From: Octopus bimaculoides
Lineage: Eukaryota
DNA length: 47,894 bases
Reading direction: 5' to 3'
Assembly: GCF_001194135.2 (NCBI RefSeq)
Contig: NC_068985.1
Span: 100,876,435-100,924,328, forward strand
The notes under the pieces are model-generated. The model did not search any database. It saw only the letters and a list, made by a program, of their open reading frames with translations, and had not been told where the DNA came from. A program made the translations under genes and the position numbers. Below, in pieces: positions 34,801 through 47,894 of the stretch (position 1 is its first letter; every line of letters starts with the position of its first letter).

Positions 34801-36990
34801 CCGCTAACTCATCGGGTGGTATCTGTGAATATTGATTATTTGATATATACTGGTATTAATAAAGGAGTGTTGAGGTAAAAGAACATTCTAATTATATATT
34901 AATAAAATTAAAATATAAGCTGTTTTCTATATGTAGTGAATATACCAGTATAGTTTTATATAAGCTAAGTATGAATTTATAGAGATATAAAGGTTAGCTT
35001 AATTTTTTATGAATAAATAAAGGCTAATTATAAATTCGTAAAGAAATGAAATAAAATAATCATTTAGGGCAGAATACCATAGAAATAAAATAGCTTAATT
35101 ACCAATGCTATGGTAATTTATATCTAGTTTAACACACACACAAACAAAAAAAAACACACACTCACACTGGTTAGTACTTCATGGTTACTTACACAAGCGA
35201 TTATCCTTAGTTTAAGAATCAATGCTCTGTCACATACATACAAAATATTTACATATCGCCTGAGGAGACACATCTAAATCGCATACTGCAGGGAAACATT
35301 TGCATAACCACGTACCTGCACACCTGGAGAATTGCATTGTGTGTAAACAATTGTAGTGATTAAAAATCTGAAGGTGGACGAGTTTCTGAATGTACTCTAC
35401 TACGTTCTTAAGAGAATATACTAGAAGTATATATATATATATATATNNNNNNNNNNNNNNNNNNNNNNNNNNNNNNNNNNNNNNNNNNNNNNNNNNNNNN
35501 NNNNNNNNNNNNNNNNNNNNNNNNNNNNNNNNNNNNNNNNNNNNNNNNNNNNNNNNNNNNNNNNNNNNNNNNNNNNNNNNNNNNNNNNNNNNNNNNNNNN
35601 NNNNNNNNNNNNNNNNNNNNNNNNNNNNNNNNNNNNNNNNNNNNNNNNNNNNNNNNNNNNNNNNNNNNNNNNNNNNNNNNNNNNNNNNNNNNNNNNNNNN
35701 NNNNNNNNNNNNNNNNNNNNNNNNNNNNNNNNNNNNNNNNNNNNNNNNNNNNNNNNNNNNNNNNNNNNNNNNNNNNNNNNNNNNNNNNNNNNNNNNNNNN
35801 NNNNNNNNNNNNNNNNNNNNNNNNNNNNNNNNNNNNNNNNNNNNNNNNNNNNNNNNNNNNNNNNNNNNNNNNNNNNNNNNNNNNNNNNNNNNNNNNNNNN
35901 NNNNNNNNNNNNNNNNNNNNNNNNNNNNNNNNNNNNNNNNNNNNNNNNNNNNNNNNNNNNNNNNNNNNNTATATATATATATGTATGTATACATATATAT
36001 ATATATATGTTCAAATGGAAGTCCATCAAAAGTACATGGTTTTAGATGTCGAGCTGTATAAAGGCTATGAATCATTCTTATAGATTTATCCATTTATTAC
36101 TGAGCTTACACTTAGAATTTGTACAGATATGCATATTTCCACATCGATTTCATTTCCATAAATGACTTCAGAACCGAATAAATACTTTCATAATAAATCG
36201 AAAGAAAAATTCCCAACGAAATCCACGCGCTAACCGATGCTGTATCACTTAATCACCACCAAAATACCCTGAATGTGAATTATAATTGGTAAATCTTCAT
36301 CCTCTATTTGTTTTGTGTTATTTACCTTTCAAAACTAAACGTACATGGAAAGCTTTTCAAGTACAAATATGGAGAAGGAAGCTCAATGCCCGAAGTACAG
36401 TGCTTATTTTCGTATTGTTAGTCATTATTGGTATTCCATTGTTGAATCTCTTCTTCAATAATGAAATTGTTCTTATAAGTGACATACATTACACAGATGT
36501 TGAACAGATCATATTCTATTGTTTCTCGAACAATTATCGAATAAACAAACTAAATTAAATTATATTAAATAAAGTAAAGGATATTGATTCATGATTTATA
36601 TACATTTAATTAATTCTATTACGAAGAATTATATATTTAATATTATACAACTTTCCCTATGGTTACAAAATATATACTTGTCGACATAAGGTCTCGTGTT
36701 ACGATAAGCTTATAAGTGTGATTAAAGGTAAGATTGCATGCATTGAGCCAGAGGCGGTCGTTGACGTGTTTTACAAGAATTAAGGAAATTAACGTCTGTT
36801 GAATCTACCATTTTCAACGTTATAAGTGAATTCAGAGAAGAACTACCTAAGCAACACACATTCCGTTATTGAAAAGAAAATATGTTTACATGTGAATAAT
36901 ATGAAACTTTGTATTTGATATTTGCATGATGGAGACATCTACACATACATACATGCATACATGGACACACAAACACACACATATATTTAT

Positions 36991-37074
<84 letters not shown>

Positions 37075-37076
<2 letters not shown>

Positions 37077-37197
37077 CATCATCATCATCGTTGTTTAACA
37101 TCCGCTTTCCATGCTAGCATCGGTTGGACGATTTGACTGAGGACTGGTGGGCCAGGAGACGACACCAGGCTCCAATCTGATTTGGCAGAGTTTCTAC
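37075..37197 (-). mobile_element. SINE family C 3' end with (GAT)n tail, truncated by gap
   Basis: CATCATCATCATCGTTGTTTAACATCCGCTTTCCATGCTAGCATCGGTTGGACG...CACCAGGCTCCAATCTGATTTGGCAGAGTTTCTAC. Recognised from memory as an abundant octopus repeat end; single copy in this window. Confidence 0.6.
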
Positions 37198-37312
37198 NNN
37201 NNNNNNNNNNNNNNNNNNNNNNNNNNNNNNNNNNNNNNNNNNNNNNNNNNNNNNNNNNNNNNNNNNNNNNNNNNNNNNNNNNNNNNNNNNNNNNNNNNNN
37301 NNNNNNNNNNNN

Positions 37313-37447
37313 GATGTACAGAAATAATAGAGACAAAAATTAATTACGGTATTCAGAAACCTGAATGTTTGTACATTTACAGATTTTTATTAATGTCACA
37401 TATTAAATGAAGCGCTTTTCACCTAGTCGTGTATGTTTTTCAAATTG
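37313..37447 (-). repeat. Second copy of the PLE 3'-terminal segment
   Basis: GATGTACAGAAAT...GTACATTTACAGATTTTTATTAATGTC.ATATTAAAT.AAGC.CTTTTCACCT.GTCGTG...TTTTCAAATTG aligns with 13475-13607. Confidence 0.85.
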
Positions 37448-37753
37448 TTTTTTGACTGGTGTTCGTATTTGCAGAGGTTTTGCCTACTAGGATGATTTTA
37501 ATAATTGCTATTTAATCTTTTCAACTTTAATTGAAACAACTGTAAGTGACTATATTTGATTTTTGCACGTAGTAATTTTTTATTCACTGCTACATCTCTT
37601 GTTTCTTATTTTCATTTGAATAATTAGAAACGATAGCTTATATATAAACATATTGGTTTATGTTTATATAATTCACAACAAATATTAGGTATTGGACCAG
37701 TAATTCATTGCATGACACACTTCCTTAATGAGGCTAATTTAACCCCTAATCGA

Positions 37754-37828
<75 letters not shown>

Positions 37829-38894
37829 AATATAGGTATCAAAAGAAAATAAGTATATGGTATATCGAAAATGAAGCGTAAAGTGGCATTTCATTTACTT
37901 ATACTGAAAGCGAGAGCACGCGAAATCGAGAACAGGCAGCATTTACTTCGGCGGTATTTTTGAATTCAGAAAATACTGTAGAGGTAAACAATAATAAATG
38001 TTTCATAGTTGGAGAAGATATGAAAATACATCACGGAATTGTTGGATTGTCTATGTGCAGAGGAACGAAAAGTAAATCCAGTTCCTTGGAAAACACTGTT
38101 TCCCAGTATTTGTGATCACTATCACACCTCTTCCACTGAAGAAGGCGCCAATTCGTAGGGGATTTATTAAATTACAGTTGAGTGCAAAACCTCTACGCCT
38201 TCCCTAATTTTTGCCAATAAACCAAAAATAAAAAGAAGAAAATCAAACACAAACAATAAATAAATACACGCATTATTATTCACACATTTAGTTTCTCGTT
38301 ACGCCTGTCTATGCAGGAAAGAGGAAAGTAAGGCATTACAACTCAAGTTTACGATACGACGAATACTCTAAAGTCGAAGGAATCTAGATAAATCTACGCT
38401 CGGAAATGAATATAAATATTAGCATGAAATTCTATTTAGAAATATGCGCCCCGCAAATCTTCCGGGGGAGAATTCTATTAAAACGTTAATAGTTTGATGT
38501 TTGCTAAAGTAACATAGAACATAATAATTGATCAAATGTAGAACAAAACTTAATTTCCGTGTACTCGATACGCAGACTGCATCATATCGTAAGAAAATAT
38601 AGGGAAATGCTAGGCTGAGCTGGATTAGAAGCACTTGTTCCATAATATCATTGACGTAATTATTTCAATTATAGAGTAATGGGGTTCGATGATATAGTGC
38701 TTCCATCAGCTTATAGGAAAATATTCACAAGAAGAAAGTAGATAAAGAAGATTAGCCTTAAACGTAAGTAAAATGAACTGATTTGTAAACGGCATACCGA
38801 AAGCTTCTGCATACACAGAGAATATTCATTGTGATAATTATTTCACCTACACAATAGAAAGTACATCTCCTGTAGGTTTTCAAAACTATCTTTA

Positions 38895-38896
38895 TA

Positions 38897-38974
<78 letters not shown>

Positions 38975-38975
38975 G
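38895..38975. repeat. (TA)n(TAA)n microsatellite; representative of dozens of (TA)n, (CA)n, (GA)n and (TAGA)n tracts across the window
   Basis: Directly visible. Other large tracts include 1986-2026, 3400-3450, 6460-6520, 12900-12992, 20145-20333, 22265-22312, 37757-37823 and 43610-43850. Confidence 0.97.
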
Positions 38976-40728
38976 CGATAAACAGAAGAAAACTAAAACC
39001 TATTCTTTCTCAGAACAATCATCTGCACAATGCATTTAGATCTAAATGGCTGTAATTCTAAAGAAAATGGAGCAACACAAATATTTGTAAAACTAAAATC
39101 TGATCCGATATGTGTACTATAGTAAAGAACGGTAAGTCTTTTGGTAAAAAGGAAGCTTAAAAATTCACATTTAAGTATTAAAATGAAGCTTTAAAATGAT
39201 GCATATGTATACAGTAATATACAAAACTCAATTGAAAGCTGATACCAAGAAACCATTATACAAATATACAATGAATTGAATATGCAGTCTTTCTGAAGAA
39301 AAACAGCTTGTTTTGAGCCATTCTGAGCCAAGTTACTGTGTAAATAATATAGATATAGCAAGTGAAAGGTATACTCAGAAAGTAAGCAAACCTTAGCAGA
39401 ATCCATAGGAAACAGGCGATGAAAAATCAATTGATAAAGCGTAGACAATGAATAATAAACAGACCATAATATGAGGCAAGGTTTCACATAGACAAAAATT
39501 ATGCTAATAGGCTCTCGTTTTGTTATTGATTAGCTCCCAGTAAATAAATGTCTCCAAATAGAAGTATTAATTTCAATGGTTGGCAAATGAAGAAATATAA
39601 TCTGGAGATCAACGAAATCGTAAAGTGCGTATTGAAAAGAGAAGAGTATATATGGAAAGTGATACATTGAATATGATAAAAGGGTGCGCATATTATTATA
39701 CAACTAACACCATGAGATACACATTATGAGCTTACAAAGCAAAATTCTACTAATCATTGCTTTTGTGTTGAAATTCATACATATATCGATTGATAGGTAG
39801 GTAAGTATGTAGGCAGGTAGGTAGATAGAGAGATAGATAGATAGATAGATAGATAGATACATAGATAATGATAGTATTAATGGTAATAAGTATCTATAAT
39901 AGTTGAAACGGTGACAGTAAGCTCTAATAATAATTAACATGTGTCATAGTGCGAGCTGTCAAATTGTCAGGATATCCGTAACTAAACCGGCAGCGCCACT
40001 ACGCTTGCTTTGTGAGAGGGGTGAAATAGATTTTTAGATACCTTGCAGGGGAAAAATGAAACCCAGCGAAGGCATGTGGAAATAAGAAGAGTCAATGGCC
40101 ATCTCCAAAACAGTAGGCCCAACTCGTATGCCTCAGTCTGTAGATAAAATTTGATGTATGATGTTGGATTCAGAATCATGTTCTTACCTGAAAGATATAT
40201 TCACTAAGGTAAACAGTAATGAAAAATGAAATGCGACAGCCTATAGCTACAGAGTATGTGTAACAAGCTATTAAGTATAGTGAAGTAAATATAAGCCAGA
40301 TTTCAAAAGAATATTTACAGAGATAAAATTATTTAGAGAATATATGGCAGCATTATGTTATTAGTATGTTAAAATTAATAGAACTGCATATAACCTAAAA
40401 GAACAAAGCGTCAACGAACGTAAAATATATTTTTTTTAAATTGTAGATATTTTATCAGAGATTTATTTTGTAATGAATATTATGAGTCTGAGTTCAAAAA
40501 TAAACTTTCTAACGTATGAGAAACTGTTTGAAATAGAATTTGAACGCATACAAGAACAGTACAACTAAATATATTTATAAGGCACTCAAGTGTACACAAA
40601 CGTTTCACATTCATTCCTATTGGGAAAAATCTTAATATTCGACGAATATATAAATATACACGATAAATACACACACACGCATGCATGCACAACCTGACTT
40701 ACACATATACAAACAAATAAAGAAACAA

Positions 40729-40782
<54 letters not shown>

Positions 40783-41219
40783 AAGTGTGTGTGTGTGTAA
40801 GTGTGTGTGTGCGTGTGTAAGTGTGTGTGTGTGTGTAAGTGTGTGTATGTGTGTAAGTGTGTGTGTGTGTGTGTAAGTGTGTGTGTGTAATATATATATA
40901 TGACGTACTTATAAATGTATGTAAATCATTTCTATATACATTGGATTGTTATTGCTGTCTAATATTTTATAGTTGTCTTTTATATATACAAAGCTAATAT
41001 GCTTTTCACGCGCACCATGTATAATAGTAGAACAGCGACATACGACTTTGAATAGGGGAAACAAGGGCGTATTCCAAATTGAGCATTTCTAAAGATTTGT
41101 ATATTGTATGTGTATTGTGTCTCGATATCGAATGCACAATTGCAATGAGTATTAGACACTGGCCACATTGAAATTTATTCTTCTTCTATGAACTTCATGC
41201 ATGCATCCATATACTCATT

Positions 41220-41257
<38 letters not shown>

Positions 41258-42369
41258 TCTATGTGTGTGTGTGTGTATGTGTGTGCGTGTGTGCGTGTGC
41301 GTGCGTGCGTGCGTGCGTGTGTGTGTGTACAAATATGTGAGAAAGAAAATAAAATTCACGAGATCCATATCCACTACGAACGTTTCTACCAATCATGCAC
41401 CGGCGCCGTTGTAGTACATCATAGTACAATCCGTTGTAGTACATCCTTGTTGCCAACTTGTCTGATCCGGTAACTTGTTCTAAGCTTTCTCGCTTTTAAG
41501 TTTCTGATTTGCTTATTTCTATTAGAATACACTTTATTTTAGTCAGCGACTCGTCTGTTCGACGGACTAGGTTATTATATGGAACTCTTCTCATATAATC
41601 AATAAATTGACTTCTGATGAATAAATTATATAAAATGAAAATATGAAAATAAGTAAATGGATCATATCATATGTTATACGATAAGAATGAATAACCGTGA
41701 AAGTGAACCATAGAACACTCATGCAATTGCGAATAGAATAAACACAGATGGACATTCTAAATGACCTAAGCTAGCAAGTCATATCTCTGACTTAAAGGAC
41801 AACGTTATACCACACATTGTCAATGTGATTATCATAGAAACATCCAGGCCATATATCAATGGATACACATGTCCAGGGTCTGCATTGCTTAAATAAAATT
41901 CACACTTATTAAATTGAAAACTGCTACCAAACTCCTGAATTCGAGATGAGGGATCTTTAAAAAAAACAAGCATTTTAACAATGTTTTGTTATGAAAATTG
42001 AAGAGGCCTCACTCACCATTTTAGAAACACACTTTAACACACTTCTATTTGACGCCCATTTGACTACTCATTCTAACACACTCCTATTTTACTATACTCT
42101 TTCTAGGCATACGTCTTTATTATAAATGGAGAGCCATAAACTTCATTGCTTTTTTCTCTTCAGGCCTTTTAACCTCGTGACATTTTCAAGTTATTTTTCC
42201 CCGTCTTTAAGCAGCAGTAAAATATTTGAGCCTCAATATTGGTGTAGCAAACAGAGTAGTTGACACAATCCCATCCGACAGAGCATGACGTAGTTAGTGT
42301 ATAACGGCTTTGTTCTTTATGTATGAATGTTTATAAATACATAAATATATATGTGTGTGTGTGTGTGTT

Positions 42370-42413
<44 letters not shown>

Positions 42414-43762
42414 CCCTAACTTCCTACAAGCATTAACATTGCGATGCGTAATTATTAAAAAAAACGTTGGACAAGTGTGTATTTCTAGAGACATAATATA
42501 TATTGTTATGTAAACTTAGCAATGCATTTCATGTGATTAGTACAGTTTAACGATCGATCTAACTATATCTCAAAAATATATCAGGCATATCAAATTAAGC
42601 TGAAACATTTAATTCAATGACAGTCAGCCCACATTGAAAATAGATTGACAGAATAAAAAATAGACTATAATCATACACACTGCTAGAATAATAATTTAAA
42701 GTTAACTCACTGAATGAATACGATATAATTAATGTTGATATAATAGCTCACAGCTTCAGAACATATATTACTTGTATAAACAATTCATAAATTTTGTCAA
42801 TGATCGAAGCGAAATATATTATCTAGTTTAGATTGATGATATATTAATTATCTCTCAATTAAAACTAATTAACACATTAAGATCGTAGCTTGGTTATACA
42901 TAAATATATGCATACTTACAGACAGATATTAAATGTCGGTTCCATGAAAAAACGGGTGTGTTAGCTTCAGGATATTGATGGAGCCAAAAATATATTACAG
43001 CTTTCAGCATAGTAGCGAATATTTATTGAAAACCTACAAGATAGAGAAAAACTACTATGTTCGTTGCTGATATATTTAAAGACTACTGAAGTCTGCGGGC
43101 AGATTGCAATCAATGTGCCAAAATATTTTATTCTCTGTCAGTCTATGTTGTGGACGGATTCACTAACAGTAGTATTAAAACAATTAATGTTAACATTCGA
43201 CAAGTGATTAATTCAATTTAATACAATTCGTGTTCATAAGATGTATTTATATATAAACACGTTAAAACGATCTCTCGGTACAATTACGTCAATATATATT
43301 ATTGCCGGGCTATGTGTCTAACTTTATGTTTTATTATACATGAACACGCCATAGTTTTAAATTCAGAATGAGATTATGGTATATATTTAATTTGTCATTA
43401 TGTTTGTTGCGTACATACTGAATCCGCCGCTTGCAAAAGGAAATGAAGTATCTTGTTATCTTCAATTATTCAGCAGCATTAAATACATTGCATTAATAAT
43501 TTGTGAAATTTTGCATGTTTTTATAAAATAATGTAAAAGTCATACATATGAGAACTGAACAAAATGTATTGCTACCTTAAGTACTTGTTAAATTTCAACA
43601 TCCGTTAGTGTATAGATAGATAGATAGGTAGATATATAGATAGATAGATATATAGATAGATAGATAGATAGACCTACAGACAGATAGATACATACATACA
43701 TACATACATATTTAGATAGATAGACCTACAGACAGATAGATAGAAACACACACACACACACA

Positions 43763-43807
<45 letters not shown>

Positions 43808-46449
43808 ATGTGTGTGTGTGTGTGTGTGTGTGTACGTGTGTGTTTGTGTGTGTGTGCACATAAACGCATTATGTTTATATACACATATGCGTGTAAGTCT
43901 GTACATATTCACATAAATGTGCCTGCGTAAGTTATTGTGTGTTTTTGTGTAAGTGTATGTTCGTGTTCGTGTGCGTGTTTACCGCTCTCTGCGTGTATGT
44001 GTCTCTATGAATGCTTATATANNNNNNNNNNNNNNNNNNNNNNNNNNNNNNNNNNNNNNNNNNNNNNNNNNNNNNNNNNNNNNNNNNNNNNNNNNNNNNN
44101 NNNNNNNNNNNNNNNNNNNATATATATATATATATCATTACATAGCGTTTGCTTCGCCTCCCTAGAGAGTAGCGTAACAATTATTTAAACGTGTCTTAGT
44201 AGCATGTGCTGACCTAAAGCTCTCCTTCGAATTGTTCCAAAATCTGTTGAGAATATGACGTAATGCAACAACTATAATTGGGAACAAGAAAGCAGCCGAC
44301 TGAGGAAAAAAAAACAGAAACCCAGTAACACAGTTCTCACAAGACAAACGTGGTTTATATTGCACTTGATCTACATGACATCACAAACCAATCTGCTAGT
44401 AGACTGCACGTTACTACTATTTTAGTAATAAGTTCAACAGTAGATTACATTGTAAGCTACCCATATAGGTTACAATGTAAATATGGATCGTTACTTCGGG
44501 ATTTCACGGAATAAAACAAATAACTGGTGATGTGTATTCCAACTGAAATCTGCTTGTAAGCTACAGTAGAAGGCTTTAAATATCTTTGTAAATAATTGCA
44601 AATTCTTGTTTTCTCGGCACAGTTGCATATTGCTAATTGGTGCGTTTTATGTCACGTGATGAAAAATGTGCATGATTGCTTATCCTTTTAAGTGTCATCA
44701 ACACTTATTGTGAGTGTCTGAGAAAGCCAAAAAAAAAAAAGTGGTCCTAGCAGAGTTTCTTGACAGACTTTGTTATGCCTTGAAGTGTCCTTGGAAGGAA
44801 CGCTGCTAGTTAAAGCTACCAGACTACTATGTTTCAAATCTTGGACCCATCCCGTACCGTGTTATATATATATATATATATATATATATNNNNNNNNNNN
44901 NNNNNNNNNNNNNNNNNNNNNNNNNNNNNNNNNNNNNNNNNNNNNNNNNNNNNNNNNNNNNNNNNNNNNNNNNNNNNNNNNNNNNNNNNNNNNNNNNNNN
45001 NNNNNNNNNNNNNNNNNNNNNNNNNNNNNNNNNNNNNNNNNNNNNNNNNNNNNNNNNNNNNNNNNNNNNNNNNNNNNNNNNNNNNNNNNNNNNNNNNNNN
45101 NNNNNNNNNNNNNNNNNNNNNNNNNNNNNNNNNNNNNNNNNNNNNNNNNNNNNNNNNNNNNNNNNNNNNNNNNNNNNNNNNNNNNNNNNNNNNNNNNNNN
45201 NNNNNNNNNNNNNNNNNNNNNNNNNNNNNNNNNNNNNNNNNNNNNNNNNNNNNNNNNNNNNNNNNNNNNNNNNNNNNNNNNNNNNNNNNNNNNNNNNNNN
45301 NNNNNNNNNNNNNNNNNNNNNNNNNNNNNNNNNNNNNNNNNNNNNNNNNNNNNNNNNNNNNNNNNNNNNNNNNNNNNNNNNNNNNNNNNNNNNNNNNNNN
45401 NNNNNNNNNNNNNNNNNNNNNNNNTATATATATATACACACATTCAAACATACTTATTAGTATATATACGATGATATCAGTATAAATGAATTTTTCCAAA
45501 ATGTCTTATGGACATTTGTAACTCTTACACATCTCTATTGCTTGACTATTCAGATTTTCTACACAATCTGTCTATTCTATATAGATCTAAGCGAAATCCA
45601 GAATGTTCCACTTTCTATAGCGTATTCACATTGAAATGACTATATCTAATGTTATCGATTCAAACACATTATATCTCATATTATCGATTTGCTCTGTTCG
45701 TATGGAAGTGACATTTTTGTATTTATTGACTAGCAAAGTTGCAATTTATATATTCTCTTTCGGAATTTCTCTTTCAGCAGAGAAAGCCTATGAAAACTGG
45801 CGATAATACGAGATTCGTAGCTCATTCACTGCATTTTTCTATATTTCATTCTACGCCTTCTTTCTCAGTAACAGACATCGTGTTATTTGCAGTGGTATGT
45901 GGGTTTTATTTATATTACTTTGATATATTACTTCCTCAATACGTGAAAAATATTCTCTTTGATATATTTCCTCATTTTTTCATACCCAACGTAAGATAGA
46001 AACAAATTCTGACTGCCCGCTTGAGTAAGAGGGGCACTGGCACTACATGCATAAATACATTAATACTAACGTACGTTATAACTTACTACTGCTAGCACAT
46101 TCTTACACTGATATACACACCATTACAAACATTCACAACCACACATATTTGTAATATATTTATGTGTGTGTGCGTGTGTGTGTGTGTGTGTGTGTGCGTG
46201 TGTGTGTGTATGTGTGTGTGTGTGTGATTGTGTTTGTATGGCTGTTTGGGAAGAACTTAAGTGTCAGTTAAATACGTTTTGAAATCTGATGATTACCACG
46301 AACGTATGAAAGCACTAATTGAATTTTACGAACATTACAAGTTATGTTTTATAATGTTTAACATATTTCAACAGTGTAAAATAATTATAAATTTTTAAAA
46401 ATACCATTATAAAAACCATGAGAATCAGAGCATGTTTATACGTATGTAC

Positions 46450-46486
<37 letters not shown>

Positions 46487-46676
46487 NNNNNNNNNNNNNN
46501 NNNNNNNNNNNNNNNNNNNNNNNNNNNNNNNNNNNNNNNNNNNNNNNNNNNNNNNNNNNNNNNNNNNNNNNNNNNNNNNNNNNNNNNNNNNNNNNNNNNN
46601 NNNNNNNNNNNNNNNNNNNNNNNNNNNNNNNNNNNNNNNNNNNNNNNNNNNNNNNNNNNNNNNNNNNNNNNNNNNN

Positions 46677-46708
<32 letters not shown>

Positions 46709-47894
46709 TATGAGGATAAAGATTATAGAGAGTTGACACATCAACAATATTTATTTCGTATTTATATACAGTATATTATAATGACCAACACGTGTTTCCG
46801 CTGTACCAACTATTCTTGAATGCAAATGTAAAACTGTGGGTGCAGCTTATTTAGAGACCGTCCATTTGGTCATCCTTGATATCAAGTGTCTAAGTCTCCG
46901 TAATCTTAATTATTATTATAAATATCAACTAATACTTCAGATAAATTTAGCCATTCATTGGAGAGTACACGGAATTATCCACCAGAAGATTTCACGGAGC
47001 GACTGACAAGTAATTGTAGTTACAGGCGTTAGATACTGATCGACGTGCTTGCCCTTTATCTGGAACTTAATTCAGAGCAAATAGGTATCCTTCCGGATAA
47101 TACATCCCTCCAAGCACATTTATGTGTGTGTATGTATGTGTGTGTGTGTGTGTGTGTGTGTAGGGGTATGTAGCGTATTTGTTGTTCCTTCAACTTAATT
47201 GTGAACCTGATTATACACATTTATGCATGCACGTGATGAAGCAAATATTAAAATTGTGTATATACATAGAGATAGGCTCACACACAAACGCGCAACCATA
47301 CAGATATACGTGAAGTGTTGTATGTGCGCATGCGCGTTCAGAAGCAATTTAATACATAGAATGAAATGAACTAAAGTGAAATGTTTGATTTGACAAGTGT
47401 TTCACCTGATGATTTAGCCGTTTGAGTATTACCGAGGAGAATACATGCAGCTCTCTCTCTGTTAAAGACTAGAGAATGGCATTTTATGGAAGATAAATCG
47501 TCCTTCGTTCCATGGATTAAAGAAAGCAGAATGACACTTTGATTCAATCTGAAATATGAGTTAGATGTTACGCAAGCTGTGTATAACACAGCAAAGGGAG
47601 TGATAAACAATATATATATATATTCCATAGGCATGCATCACAGAGAAAAATAAAATAAATCATCTGCAATATTGATAAAATATAGCATAGAATTAATAGC
47701 CAATTTTACATATTTTGTCGTATTTATCTTATTTAGTCACAAGTGAGCACTACTAGTACGACATAAAAATGATCGATATACTTCGAGACAGGGCTTTCGG
47801 CCTATTTTTTAATCAAAATCATTGTAGATATTTTGTATGTATATGTGTATATAAATATTACACGTATGCATGCATATATATATATATATATATA

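Noticed and set aside
36286-36558. 90-aa ORF with hydrophobic stretch (TVLIFVLLVIIGIPLLNLFF) resembling a type II membrane anchor
   Set aside because: AT-rich DNA readily yields I/L/F-rich peptides; there is a TTG start, no convincing splice sites and no domain.
47371-47634. 87-aa minus-strand ORF and exon-like signals near the window end
   Set aside because: Several frames on both strands look equally plausible and none is recognisable.

Overview
AT-rich, microsatellite-saturated eukaryotic (animal) genomic DNA with about 14 N-gaps, nearly all abutting simple repeats. The repeat families look like those of octopus genomes as I recall them; this is pattern recall, not a database search. I find no prokaryotic genes, CRISPR arrays, rRNA or tRNA genes, and no host protein-coding exon I can support. 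Most ORFs in the track are translations of microsatellites or gaps. The explainable content is a graveyard of retroelements: many tRNA-type SINE copies from about 4 families, a 5'-truncated Penelope-like element (RT C-terminus plus GIY-YIG, 13.5-15.4 kb, minus), a decayed CR1-type LINE (18.8-20.1 kb, minus), R4/Dong-type pieces (9.5-10.3 kb plus; 27.4-28.4 kb minus), RTE-type remnants and a small Tc1/mariner MITE. The best leads are: (i) a hammerhead-like motif with a palindromic stem III but non-canonical core at the Penelope 3' terminus, present in two copies; (ii) a 154-bp near-identical local duplication placed between inverted microsatellites; (iii) a structured 5'-UTR motif upstream of the R4/Dong ORF. 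A promoter-like patch and several splice-site-bounded exon candidates suggest the window may lie within or near a large gene, but this is unproven. No new biological system is demonstrated from sequence alone.
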